DNA of 23,501 nucleotides from Promethearchaeota archaeon (GTDB taxonomy: Archaea > Asgardarchaeota > Lokiarchaeia > Sigyniarchaeales > SOKP01). Location of the stretch: positions 1 to 23,501 of the forward strand of contig JBHLOI010000051.1 in the NCBI GenBank assembly GCA_048940645.1. The letters are read 5' to 3'. Below are positions 1-8,756 of the stretch, one piece after another. Made by a program: the position numbers and the translations under genes. The first letter of the stretch is position 1, and each line of letters starts with the position of its first letter. A model generated the notes under the pieces. That model ran no database searches and was not told the DNA's origin. It was given only the letters and a program-made list of their open reading frames with translations.

Positions 1-1
1 G

Positions 2-151
2 TTAAATATTCGAATTAGTGAAAAATTATTTGAAGAACTTAATTTAAGAGAAGGAGACAAAATAACTACAAATGGTAAATTAACTAGAGATGATTTTTTA
101 AAGTTATTTGTTGTAAAAAATATTAGAAAAATCACTAAAATTAATGAATAA
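2..151 (+). CDS. 3' end of a gene truncated by the window edge; possible OB-fold-like C-terminus
   Basis: Frame 2 is open from the window start: LNIRISEKLFEELNLREGDKITTNGKLTRDDFLKLFVVKNIRKITKINE*, TAA at 149-151. 'LREGDKITTNGKL' resembles an OB-fold strand-turn-strand. Confidence 0.55.
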   Translation, partial: LNIRISEKLFEELNLREGDKITTNGKLTRDDFLKLFVVKNIRKITKINE

Positions 152-203
152 TACTATAAAATAAATCAATTTTAAGTTAGAATAATATAGTTAAAATTAA
201 ATC

Positions 204-1583
204 ATGAAAAATATAAAATCTGGTTATATTGATGATTTAAATATGATTTTAGCTACAGATTTTTATCAATTAACTATGAGTGCTGCTTATTACCAGTATA
301 ATCTTGATAATAATATTAATCAAAATAACGAAAAAGCTACTTTTGAACTATTTATAAGAAAATATCCGAATAATCGTAATTATTTAATTTTTGCTGGTTT
401 AGAGCAAGTAGTATATTATTTATTAAATGCCAAATTTACTGAAAAGACTATAGAATTTTTAAGAAAAAAAGAAGTATTCAAAAATGTAGATTCAAGTTTT
501 TATGATGTCTATTTACCAAACTTTAAATTTAATTTAAATGTTTGGTCGATGAAAGAAGGAGACTACTTTTTTCCAAATGAACCAATAATGAGGATTCAAG
601 GCCCAATGATTCATGCCCAACTTGCTGAGACCTATGTACTTAATGTGATTAATTATCAAACACTAATTGCATCTAAAGCATCAAGAGTGAGGAATATAGC
701 CCCCAATAAAGTCTTACTTGAATTTGGAACGAGAAGGTCCCATAGCCCGCTTGCTGGAGTGTATGCAGCTAGAGCTAGTTATATAGCTGGTTTTGATGGA
801 ACAAGTAATGTGATAGCTGATCTTGAACTTGGAATTAATTCAACCGGAACGATGGCTCATAGTTTCGTTCAAAGATTTAATAATGAGATTGAAAGTTTTA
901 ATATATATTATGATATTTACAAAGAAAATTCAATTCTTCTAATTGATACATATGACACTGAAGAAGGAGCTCGAAAATCTAGTAAATTCGGCAATAAAAT
1001 TAGAGGCGTTAGAATTGACTCAGGTGATCTTATCGATCACGCTAAAAAAGTTCGAAATATCTTGGATAAGGAAGGTTGTGATAAAGTTTTAATCGTTGCA
1101 AGTTCAGATTTAAATGAATATAAAATAAAAGAAATTCTGGATAATAAGGCACCTATTGATGCTTTCGGCATAGGAACGGAATTAGCAACTTCAAGAGACG
1201 ATCCTACAATTTCAGGTGTATATAAACTAATAGAATACAATAACGTTCCAACGATTAAAGTTAGCGAAGAAAAATTAACTTATCCTGGAATCAAACAAAT
1301 AAATAGAATATTTGATAAAAGTGGAAAATTTAAAGAAGATTTATTAAGATTGGATAATGAACCTGAGATTCCAAATTCAAAACCATTATTAATACCTATA
1401 ATGATGGATGGGAAACTAATTTATGAATTGCCAAAGATAGATGAAATCCGCCAATATTATTTGAAAAACATGGAAACATTACCCAAGGAATATAAAGTTT
1501 TGAAAGAGAACCATCTGTTTAAATTAAAAATTTCACAAAAATTAGAAAATCTGAAAGAGTCATTAAAAGGAAAATATGACTGA
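204..1583 (+). CDS. pncB: Nicotinate phosphoribosyltransferase
   Basis: TDFYQLTM, EFGTRR, GTMAHS (phospho-His), LIDTYDT, VRIDSGDL, FGIGTEL and GVYKL motifs. Confidence 0.95.
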   Translation: MKNIKSGYIDDLNMILATDFYQLTMSAAYYQYNLDNNINQNNEKATFELFIRKYPNNRNYLIFAGLEQVVYYLLNAKFTEKTIEFLRKKEVFKNVDSSFYDVYLPNFKFNLNVWSMKEGDYFFPNEPIMRIQGPMIHAQLAETYVLNVINYQTLIASKASRVRNIAPNKVLLEFGTRRSHSPLAGVYAARASYIAGFDGTSNVIADLELGINSTGTMAHSFVQRFNNEIESFNIYYDIYKENSILLIDTYDTEEGARKSSKFGNKIRGVRIDSGDLIDHAKKVRNILDKEGCDKVLIVASSDLNEYKIKEILDNKAPIDAFGIGTELATSRDDPTISGVYKLIEYNNVPTIKVSEEKLTYPGIKQINRIFDKSGKFKEDLLRLDNEPEIPNSKPLLIPIMMDGKLIYELPKIDEIRQYYLKNMETLPKEYKVLKENHLFKLKISQKLENLKESLKGKYD

Positions 1584-1725
1584 TATAAATATTAAGAGTG
1601 ATAATTTAAAAGAAAAACCATATTTTAAGTTATTTTTTTTAAGAAGTATTTTTAATATATGAATTACCCAATTATTTCATTAATTCAAATTTATGATTTA
1701 ATAATGGTGAGAAACTAATATATAA

Positions 1726-2668
1726 ATGAGATTCCTGTACAAAGTATGGCCACACTGCCTTTTTACTTATAATACTAGCAGGATTACTTCTTTCAACATT
1801 ATCAATTCCAGCTAAAGGAAAAGAATTGATATGGTATGATAGTTTTTACGATATCAATTACCTTGAATATTATATTGAATTCTACCCTAATAAGAGAGGA
1901 TATTTCACAACAAAATATGCTATGGAATTAAACAAAATCACTGAAGGAGAGAACACTAATTTAATAGTTGATATATATTATGATGACTTAAATTTAACCA
2001 CTACTAATACTGACTTTTTTTATATAATATCTCTAAACAACCGTCAAATATTAGATACTAGTGATGATTTTTATGATACTTACTTAACTGGAACCTATAC
2101 AGAACTATTCCTGAACCTTTCTAATATAGGAAATCCACAAACTTTTCGAGTAGATGAAAATGTTATATTCAATGACTATTTAACAAGGGGCTTTTCTATA
2201 GGAATGTACAAAATAACAACTGAATTTAGCTATATTGAAGAAGTGTTATATACTGAAAACTTATTATTTAATTTTACAACTTACCATTATTCAACAACAT
2301 ATTCTTGGAGTGGACCTGGGATCGCCTGAGATTCATACGCATCTTGGATGTTAGAAGCTGATTATTTCTTTGATAAAAATACAGGCCTTTTGTTAGCCGA
2401 AACTTTAGATGTACATCGATGGGATTATAAAGAAGATAAACCACAATACGAGCAATATGACTATCATTCTTTTAACCGCAAATTAGCCATGGTTAATTCA
2501 CAAATCATTTTAAAAGATTACCAAAAAATCGAAAAAGGAGATATTATTTACCTGTTTGAAAGTATTTATTGGATTACATCTATAGGAATTATTGTCTCTA
2601 TTACTTTACTTTATGGTATTTTGAAAAGATCAAAAATTAACATAAAAAAAAAGGAGAACCTACGATGA
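1726..2668 (+). pseudogene. Secreted, C-terminally membrane-anchored Tyr/Thr-rich protein, disrupted by a 1-nt frameshift near the start and an in-frame TGA (2327-2329)
   Basis: Track ORFs 1826-2329 and 2348-2668 are in the same frame, separated only by one TGA (GPGIA*DSYASWMLEAD). That frame extends upstream into a signal-peptide-like stretch KYGHTAFLLIILAGLLLSTLSIPAKG (1742-1819) with no ATG/GTG/TTG of its own; ATG 1726 is 1 nt out of frame. The C-terminus has a TM helix (IYWITSIGIIVSITLLYGIL) and a basic tail (KRSKINIKKK). Confidence 0.65.
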
Positions 2669-2741
2669 ATCTACTATAATAAATTATAGATAGTAGAAGA
2701 GTGAAAGGATGCACCTTTCAAACTCCTTATAATTAATTCTA

Positions 2742-2762
2742 AAGTAATTTTATAAATTACTT
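2742..2762. promoter_or_regulatory. Perfect inverted repeat overlapping a TATA-like box upstream of the TIGR04076-like gene
   Basis: AAGTAATTT-TAT-AAATTACTT (9-bp arms) contains TTTATAAA. An SD-like GGAGGT lies at 2798-2803. Confidence 0.45.
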
Positions 2763-2811
2763 CTGTATATTATCTATTATCAAACTAAATAACTTTTGGA
2801 GGTATGAGATA

Positions 2812-3102
2812 TTGAGTGAAAACCCAAAATTAGGTTATCGAATTATTGGAACAATAAAAAGTGTAAAGGGGACCTGTTCAGCAGGTCATAAAGCGGGGGA
2901 CCAAATAGAATTGAGCGGATATGGTTCCTATCCACAATTGTGTGGGTTTTTTTATCATGATATCTTCCCATATATAATAATGCTCCAATTTGGGGGAGCA
3001 TTTCCTTCAGATTGGGGTGGAGATCCTGATGTTGTAGAGCTAACTTGTGTAGATAAAGTGAATGCGGTGTCAATAGAATTAAAAAGAATTAAGAAGGATT
3101 AA
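2812..3102 (+). CDS. TIGR04076-family small Cys-containing protein
   Basis: VKGTCSAGHKAGD...LCGFFYHDIFPYIIMLQFGGAFP...TCVD pattern; TTG start preceded by GGAGGT. Confidence 0.8.
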   Translation: MSENPKLGYRIIGTIKSVKGTCSAGHKAGDQIELSGYGSYPQLCGFFYHDIFPYIIMLQFGGAFPSDWGGDPDVVELTCVDKVNAVSIELKRIKKD

Positions 3103-3251
3103 ATAAAATTTAATTAAATGAACATTGATTTATTCAAACTTTCTTTTTACCTAATATATAAACAAATATTTTATCATAGATAACTTTTTAATATTTCATC
3201 TCTGGATGATCATTAATACACTTAATTTTTACTAGGGAGTGAGGTATCTAT

Positions 3252-3419
3252 ATGGAAAAAAATTTAGATATACCGCAAAACTTACATATTCTTTCTTGCC
3301 CATTCTTTAAGGGTTGTAATCTTCCAAAAAGTAGATGCAGTTTTCCTGAATATAAAGTATGTCCTGATTACCAATCTAAATTAAATGCTCTAAGACAAGA
3401 ATCAAAAGTATTACATTAA
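3252..3419 (+). CDS. 55-aa four-cysteine putative metal-binding protein (absent from the ORF track)
   Basis: MEKNLDIPQNLHILSCPFFKGCNLPKSRCSFPEYKVCPDYQSKLNALRQESKVLH*; C-x5-C-x6-C-x7-C; SD-like GGAGTGAGGT at 3236-3245. Confidence 0.75.
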   Translation: MEKNLDIPQNLHILSCPFFKGCNLPKSRCSFPEYKVCPDYQSKLNALRQESKVLH

Positions 3420-3583
3420 AGATTTCCTAAGTTCTTCTTATTATAATTAAATTATTAAAGAATCCTCATACTTACTTAATAGATTAGGTTTTGTTGTAAT
3501 TAGAATACAATTTTTAACTAAAGCAATATTTTATTTATTGATTTTCTTAATGGGAAATTATTTTATTCTGAGGCGTTTTAAGC

Positions 3584-5053
3584 TTGAATGATAATAACAT
3601 TGTTGATATTTTTCTTAATCCTAAATCTGTGGCTGTTATTGGAGCTTCGCAAAACATGTTAAAGGGAGGCTACCGTATTTTAAGCAACCTTGTGCTAAAT
3701 AACTTCGATGGGAAAGTATTTCCAGTTAATCCTAATGCGACTGGTAAATTACATGGTTTAGAATTTAAAAAGTCAGTGTTAGACATTGAGGAAGAAGTTG
3801 ATATTGCGATATTTTATGTTCCAAATCAATTAATTCCAGAATTATTAGAAGAATGCGTTAAAAAAGGTATAAAAGGAGCAATCATTGAAACTTCTGGATT
3901 TGAGGAAGTTGGTGAGAAAGGTCTTGAATTAAGTGACCAAATTTTAGAAGTAACCAATTCTTTTTCTAAAATAAGGATTGTTGGGCCTAATTGTATGGGC
4001 CTTACTAGAATCGATTCTGATAGTAATAAAGAAAATAAAAGTGGCTTTTTTACATCCTTTTTAGTATTTAATAAATATAAAAGAGGAAATATTGCTGTTA
4101 TAAGTCAATCAGGTATGTTAAATGGGGGATATTTTACCCATGTTGTCACTAAATATCCTAATCTTGGTTTTAGATATATATGTTCCATTGGAAATAAAAT
4201 GGATTTAAGTGAAATAGAATTTTTAGATTATTTCTTAAATGATCCTGATATAAATGTTATTGCAATATATCTTGAATCATTTAAAGACCCAAGAAAATTC
4301 ATTAATTTATGTAAAAAGGCAAAAAATTTGCCAAATAAAACAATTATTTTAGTTAAGGGAGGATTAACTCCTCAAGGTCAGAGTTCTTCTTTAAGCCATA
4401 CAGCAGCTCTTTCAGAAAATTTCAAGTTAACAGAAGGTGTGATTAAACAATCAGGAATTATTCAAGCTCGGAATTTTTTTGAATTATTTGAGTTTGCCAG
4501 GACATTTTCTATGCTATACAAATCTAAGAAAATTTTACCAAAACGAGGGAGTCTTGCACAAGTTTTTGGATCAGGAGGAGCAGGAACAATTTCTGCTGAT
4601 CTTACAATGCAGTATGGATTAAAACTTCCAATTTTGGGAGAAAAAGCGTATTCTGCTCTTGTAAAGTTATTTCCTTCATGGATGCCCCCAAATAAATTTG
4701 CATTTGTAGATATTTGGCCAGCTATGGAAAAGGCTATGACAAATGGCAAAAATCCTGGAGATGTTATTCGATCTGTTTATAATATTTTATTAGAGGAACC
4801 TGAAATAGAAGGGGTTTTTAACATGTTATTTTGCTCAAAGCAATTTAAAGCAGTAAATGATGTGAATAATCTGATTAACATAATTTCTAGCTATCCCAAA
4901 CCTGTTTTTCTGTATTTGGTTGGAGAATTTGAAGAAGTTCGCCAGATTTCTCAGGAATTAGGTAAAAATAATATTCCTAGCTTTTCAAATTTAGAGGATA
5001 TGGTAAAGAATTTCCAAATATTACTTCAAGAATCAAAAAATAAAAATAACTAG
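3584..5053 (+). CDS. ADP-forming acyl-CoA synthetase (acetate--CoA ligase family), stand-alone alpha subunit
   Basis: PKSVAVIGAS and PVNP CoA-binding domain, GFEE, GPNCMG, SQSG, IGNKMD, YLES, SHT phospho-His loop, SGGAG. No ATP-grasp beta domain. Confidence 0.9.
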   Translation: MNDNNIVDIFLNPKSVAVIGASQNMLKGGYRILSNLVLNNFDGKVFPVNPNATGKLHGLEFKKSVLDIEEEVDIAIFYVPNQLIPELLEECVKKGIKGAIIETSGFEEVGEKGLELSDQILEVTNSFSKIRIVGPNCMGLTRIDSDSNKENKSGFFTSFLVFNKYKRGNIAVISQSGMLNGGYFTHVVTKYPNLGFRYICSIGNKMDLSEIEFLDYFLNDPDINVIAIYLESFKDPRKFINLCKKAKNLPNKTIILVKGGLTPQGQSSSLSHTAALSENFKLTEGVIKQSGIIQARNFFELFEFARTFSMLYKSKKILPKRGSLAQVFGSGGAGTISADLTMQYGLKLPILGEKAYSALVKLFPSWMPPNKFAFVDIWPAMEKAMTNGKNPGDVIRSVYNILLEEPEIEGVFNMLFCSKQFKAVNDVNNLINIISSYPKPVFLYLVGEFEEVRQISQELGKNNIPSFSNLEDMVKNFQILLQESKNKNN

Positions 5054-5098
5054 ATTTTCTAGAAAAAAATTAATTCTACAAATAATTATTTACCTACT

Positions 5099-6331
5099 AT
5101 GAATCTTGAAAATACTTCTTTTTATAACTTTATAATAGTTGGAGCTGGGCCAGCGGGCTTAACTGCAGGAATAATAGCTGCCAGAAAAGGATTTTCATTG
5201 ATTATATTAGAAAAAGGAAAAATTGCAGGACCAAAACCAAGAGGTGAAGGGATGGGTCATATGTCTATAGTAGATGAAATTTTAGGCAAAGACTTTCTCC
5301 CTTCGATTGGATTGAAATCTAACGGTGGACGAGTTTGGCATTCGCCTGGCGATTTAAAATCCACCACTACTTACCGGGATTATCCTCACTATTTCTTTAA
5401 ATGGCGTATCTTCATCGATCGATTTGCTGAGGTAGCCAATGAATTAAAAGTAAATATTTTACTAAATAGTGAAGTTATTGAGCCTATTGAAAAAAATAAT
5501 ATAACTATAGGTGTGAAATACAGAAACAATGAAGGAAATATTAAAGAAATCTATGGAAATGCAATTTTAGATTGTAGTGGTTATGAAGGTGTTATTGGAA
5601 AACAATATGGAATACCTTATAATGAGATGAATTGCCCTATAATTAAATGTCTTATCAGCAATGCAAACTATGATCTAGAAGATCATCCTGATTTGGAATT
5701 CTTCTTTATAGGAAATGGTGATTTAGATTATAACCCAAAATTTCCACCAAGCGTTGCTTACTTCTTCCCTTTAGATAATAAAAAGGCTGAGGTAGGTTTG
5801 ATGTTGAGAATGGCACAAGTTCCCAATATGAAGACTGTTAAAATTCCTAATGATAATGAAATAATGAAAGTTTGGGATCACATTAAAGCCTCATATCCAG
5901 GCTATAGTGAGTTTTTTAGAGGAGCTAATATTGATTATGAAGAACTAACCAAATTACCAAATGCTAAAATGGCAGAAACGTTTGTTCCAAGTCCAGGAGT
6001 GGTGTTGATAGGTGATAGCGCAGGATTTATAAATCCATTTGGTTCTTCTGGACTCTATTATTCTATGGAAATGGCTAATTTTTGGGTTAATATAATATCA
6101 GATAAACTGAAATATACTGATAATGACATTAGATATAACGAAATTTTATGGAATACTGAAAGTATCAATGAATTGACCAGTAAATTTGAAAATTTTGAAA
6201 TATTTAAACAGGTAAAGCATATGTACAATCTGATAGGTGCATTTGAGTATAAGATTTTCAATAGATTACGTACAGCTGAAAAAATTAATAAAAAATGGGA
6301 CTATATTGTATCCCTCTTAAAACAAGTATAA
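5099..6331 (+). CDS. Geranylgeranyl reductase-family FAD-dependent oxidoreductase
   Basis: VGAGPAG...LEK FAD-binding motif, DCSG, AYFFP, LIGDSAGFINPFGSSGL. Confidence 0.85.
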   Translation: MNLENTSFYNFIIVGAGPAGLTAGIIAARKGFSLIILEKGKIAGPKPRGEGMGHMSIVDEILGKDFLPSIGLKSNGGRVWHSPGDLKSTTTYRDYPHYFFKWRIFIDRFAEVANELKVNILLNSEVIEPIEKNNITIGVKYRNNEGNIKEIYGNAILDCSGYEGVIGKQYGIPYNEMNCPIIKCLISNANYDLEDHPDLEFFFIGNGDLDYNPKFPPSVAYFFPLDNKKAEVGLMLRMAQVPNMKTVKIPNDNEIMKVWDHIKASYPGYSEFFRGANIDYEELTKLPNAKMAETFVPSPGVVLIGDSAGFINPFGSSGLYYSMEMANFWVNIISDKLKYTDNDIRYNEILWNTESINELTSKFENFEIFKQVKHMYNLIGAFEYKIFNRLRTAEKINKKWDYIVSLLKQV

Positions 6332-6547
6332 CCTCATTGTGTTATAAGTAATTCAAAAATATCATTTCTTCATAGAAGGAAGCGTGAAAGTATGATTTTT
6401 AGCAATTAATAAAATAATACTAATGAGAGTATGAACTATTGAGATTGTTAATTGTAGTATTTGTAGTAAAATCTTTAAATAATTTGAAACTTAATTTTGT
6501 TTAATTACTTATTTGAATAAAACACTTAAAATTGGAGAAAATTTAGA

Positions 6548-8311
6548 ATGTACCATTTAGATGGAACAGACGTTTTAGACGCAAAATATTTCAGAAAAAC
6601 GTTTAGTATATGCCCAGAATGCATGGAAAGGATTCCAGCTGAAGTTTACGAAGATGATAATGAAGAGATATGGATGAAAAAAAATTGTCCTGAACATGGC
6701 GATTTTAAAGACAAAATAAGCTCTTCCGCAAAATACTACAAATGGACTCATCATGCAATGAAAGATAAAGACGGAAACATAGTATGGCAATTTGATAAGG
6801 ATGGAGAATCTAATCCTGCTGACTGTGCCCCAGAAGATCCTCGAGGTTGTCCTTATAACTGTGGACTCTGCCCAGAGCATAAGTCTACATGCTCATTGGC
6901 TTTAATTGATTTAACCAATCGCTGTAATTTTAACTGTAATTTCTGTTATGCCAATGTGGAAAAAGCTGGTTATTTAATTGAGCCAACATTAGAAGAAATC
7001 GGAAGAATTATGGATCACTTTAGAAACAAACCAATTCCTGCCGTTGCCATCATGTTTACCGGAGGAGAACCAACAGTAAGGAAGGATTTTCCTGAAATTT
7101 GCAAGATGGCAAAGGACAAGGGATTTAAAGAGGTCATTGTAGCCACAAACGGATATGGATTCCAACGTAAGAAAGGCGGACTAGAATTTACTAAAAAATG
7201 TTGGGAAATGGGTTTAGATACCTTATATTTCCAGTTTGATGGTATTAATGATATTACATATGAAAAAACTCGTGGTATTAAAAATCTAATGGCATATAAA
7301 CAAAGAGTTATAGATAACTGTCGAAAAGCAGGTCTTAGTTCCGTTGTTTTAGTCGCAACGATTGCCAAGGGTGTAACTGACATTGAGATAGGGAATATAA
7401 TACAGTATTCGATTGATAATATTGATGTTGTGCGAGGTATAACTTTTCAACCGGTTTCGCTATGTGGACGGATTACAGCAGAAGAGATGGATGATCTTCG
7501 AATAACAAATGCAGATGTCCTAAAAGCAATTGAGGAACAAACTGGTGGAAAGATTAGCATGGAAAATGCGTGGTACCCGCTAACAACTATAGTGGAATTC
7601 GGCCGACTCGTAGCTTATTTAGCGGATGTTGAACCTATTGAGTTTACCTGCCACCCTGATTGCGGATTTGCCACTTATATGGCAATAGACCCCGATACGC
7701 ATGAAATGGTTCCAATAATGGACTATTTCGATCCATTGAAAGTTATTGATTTTGCTAATAAATTCTGGGAAAAAATCAAACATAAAGAAAAACAGGAGAT
7801 TAAATTCTTTGAAAATTTTATGGGTGATTTTGGAAAAACGCTTGATAAAGGTTTGAATTTTCTTGATAAAACACAACTACGCGCCAGATTTCTTTTAGGA
7901 ATATTACAATACATGAAAAAACCCGGAAAACTTATGGAAATGTTTGGTAGATTAATAATGAATGGAGATTGGGAGAGTATTAGCTCATTCAGTCATGGAA
8001 CGCTTTTACTTTCAAGCATGCACTTCCAAGATGCGTATAATATGGATCTTGAAAGAACAAAAAGATGTATTGTACATTTTGGAGTAGCTATGCCCGATGG
8101 GACTGTAAATGAGATTTCATTCTGTACTATGAACACAGTTCATCGTCCCAATATAGAGAAACAAATCGCAAAAAAAATTACACAAAAGGTTAGAGATGAA
8201 TTTGATACTGCAGTTGGCCAAGCCAGAGAGGACCTTGAACAGGAAATAGAGCTAGAAGTTGCTCAAAATGGTGGTATTGATAGAAATGAGCTAAAAGAGG
8301 ATGATGATTAA
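6548..8311 (+). CDS. tes: Radical SAM tetraether (GDGT/macrocyclic archaeol) lipid synthase homologue, MJ0619/Tes family
   Basis: N-terminal CPEC...CPEHG metal site, GCPYNCGLCPEH auxiliary cluster motif, CNFNCNFCYA radical SAM motif, TGGEPT, LYFQFDG, FQPVS..GR, CHPDCG, MHFQDAYNMDLERTKRC, FCTMN. Confidence 0.88.
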   Translation: MYHLDGTDVLDAKYFRKTFSICPECMERIPAEVYEDDNEEIWMKKNCPEHGDFKDKISSSAKYYKWTHHAMKDKDGNIVWQFDKDGESNPADCAPEDPRGCPYNCGLCPEHKSTCSLALIDLTNRCNFNCNFCYANVEKAGYLIEPTLEEIGRIMDHFRNKPIPAVAIMFTGGEPTVRKDFPEICKMAKDKGFKEVIVATNGYGFQRKKGGLEFTKKCWEMGLDTLYFQFDGINDITYEKTRGIKNLMAYKQRVIDNCRKAGLSSVVLVATIAKGVTDIEIGNIIQYSIDNIDVVRGITFQPVSLCGRITAEEMDDLRITNADVLKAIEEQTGGKISMENAWYPLTTIVEFGRLVAYLADVEPIEFTCHPDCGFATYMAIDPDTHEMVPIMDYFDPLKVIDFANKFWEKIKHKEKQEIKFFENFMGDFGKTLDKGLNFLDKTQLRARFLLGILQYMKKPGKLMEMFGRLIMNGDWESISSFSHGTLLLSSMHFQDAYNMDLERTKRCIVHFGVAMPDGTVNEISFCTMNTVHRPNIEKQIAKKITQKVRDEFDTAVGQAREDLEQEIELEVAQNGGIDRNELKEDDD

Positions 8312-8599
8312 ATGTCGGAAGAAATAATAGAAACAAAAGATGGGCTTAAACTTCGTAAACTGGCCGAATTGAAAACCTCAGCAGAAAAAGATTACGAGGA
8401 TGCAATGCTAAATCGAGTGGAATACTTCAGGAAGAAAAATGAAAAAAAAAGCGGATTTAATAGTACTTTGCAGAACACCTTTTTTAAAGCTTTCAGTACT
8501 GCTTTAGATCTTAAGGTAAACATAGATAAGGCCTTAGGAGAGGAAAATTTGAAGAAGATTCATGAAGTAATAGACAATATCCTCTTATTTGGCTTATAA
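8312..8599 (+). CDS. Hypothetical 95-aa helical protein abutting tes
   Basis: ATG directly follows the tes TAA; GAGG lies within the tes 3' end; a T-rich tract follows the stop. Confidence 0.75.
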   Translation: MSEEIIETKDGLKLRKLAELKTSAEKDYEDAMLNRVEYFRKKNEKKSGFNSTLQNTFFKAFSTALDLKVNIDKALGEENLKKIHEVIDNILLFGL

Positions 8600-8600
8600 A

Positions 8601-8643
8601 TTATTTTTTGAAACATTTTTTATTTTATTTTGATTTTTCTTTT
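8601..8643 (+). terminator. Oligo-T archaeal terminator for the tes operon
   Basis: Several T4-T6 runs immediately after the 8599 stop. Confidence 0.5.
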
Positions 8644-8756
8644 AAAGCATAATAGAAATATTTTTAATTTTATAGGATTGTTAAATTATTAGAAAGGGGA
8701 TAAATTTTCCACTTTATTTATAATTTTTAAACTAACCTATTAATGGTTAAGTTAGC

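Noticed and set aside
6548-8311. Annotation as 7,8-dihydro-6-hydroxymethylpterin dimethyltransferase or MoaA
   Set aside because: The MJ0619 family has been reassigned as tetraether synthase, and the auxiliary Cys motifs match Tes rather than MoaA.
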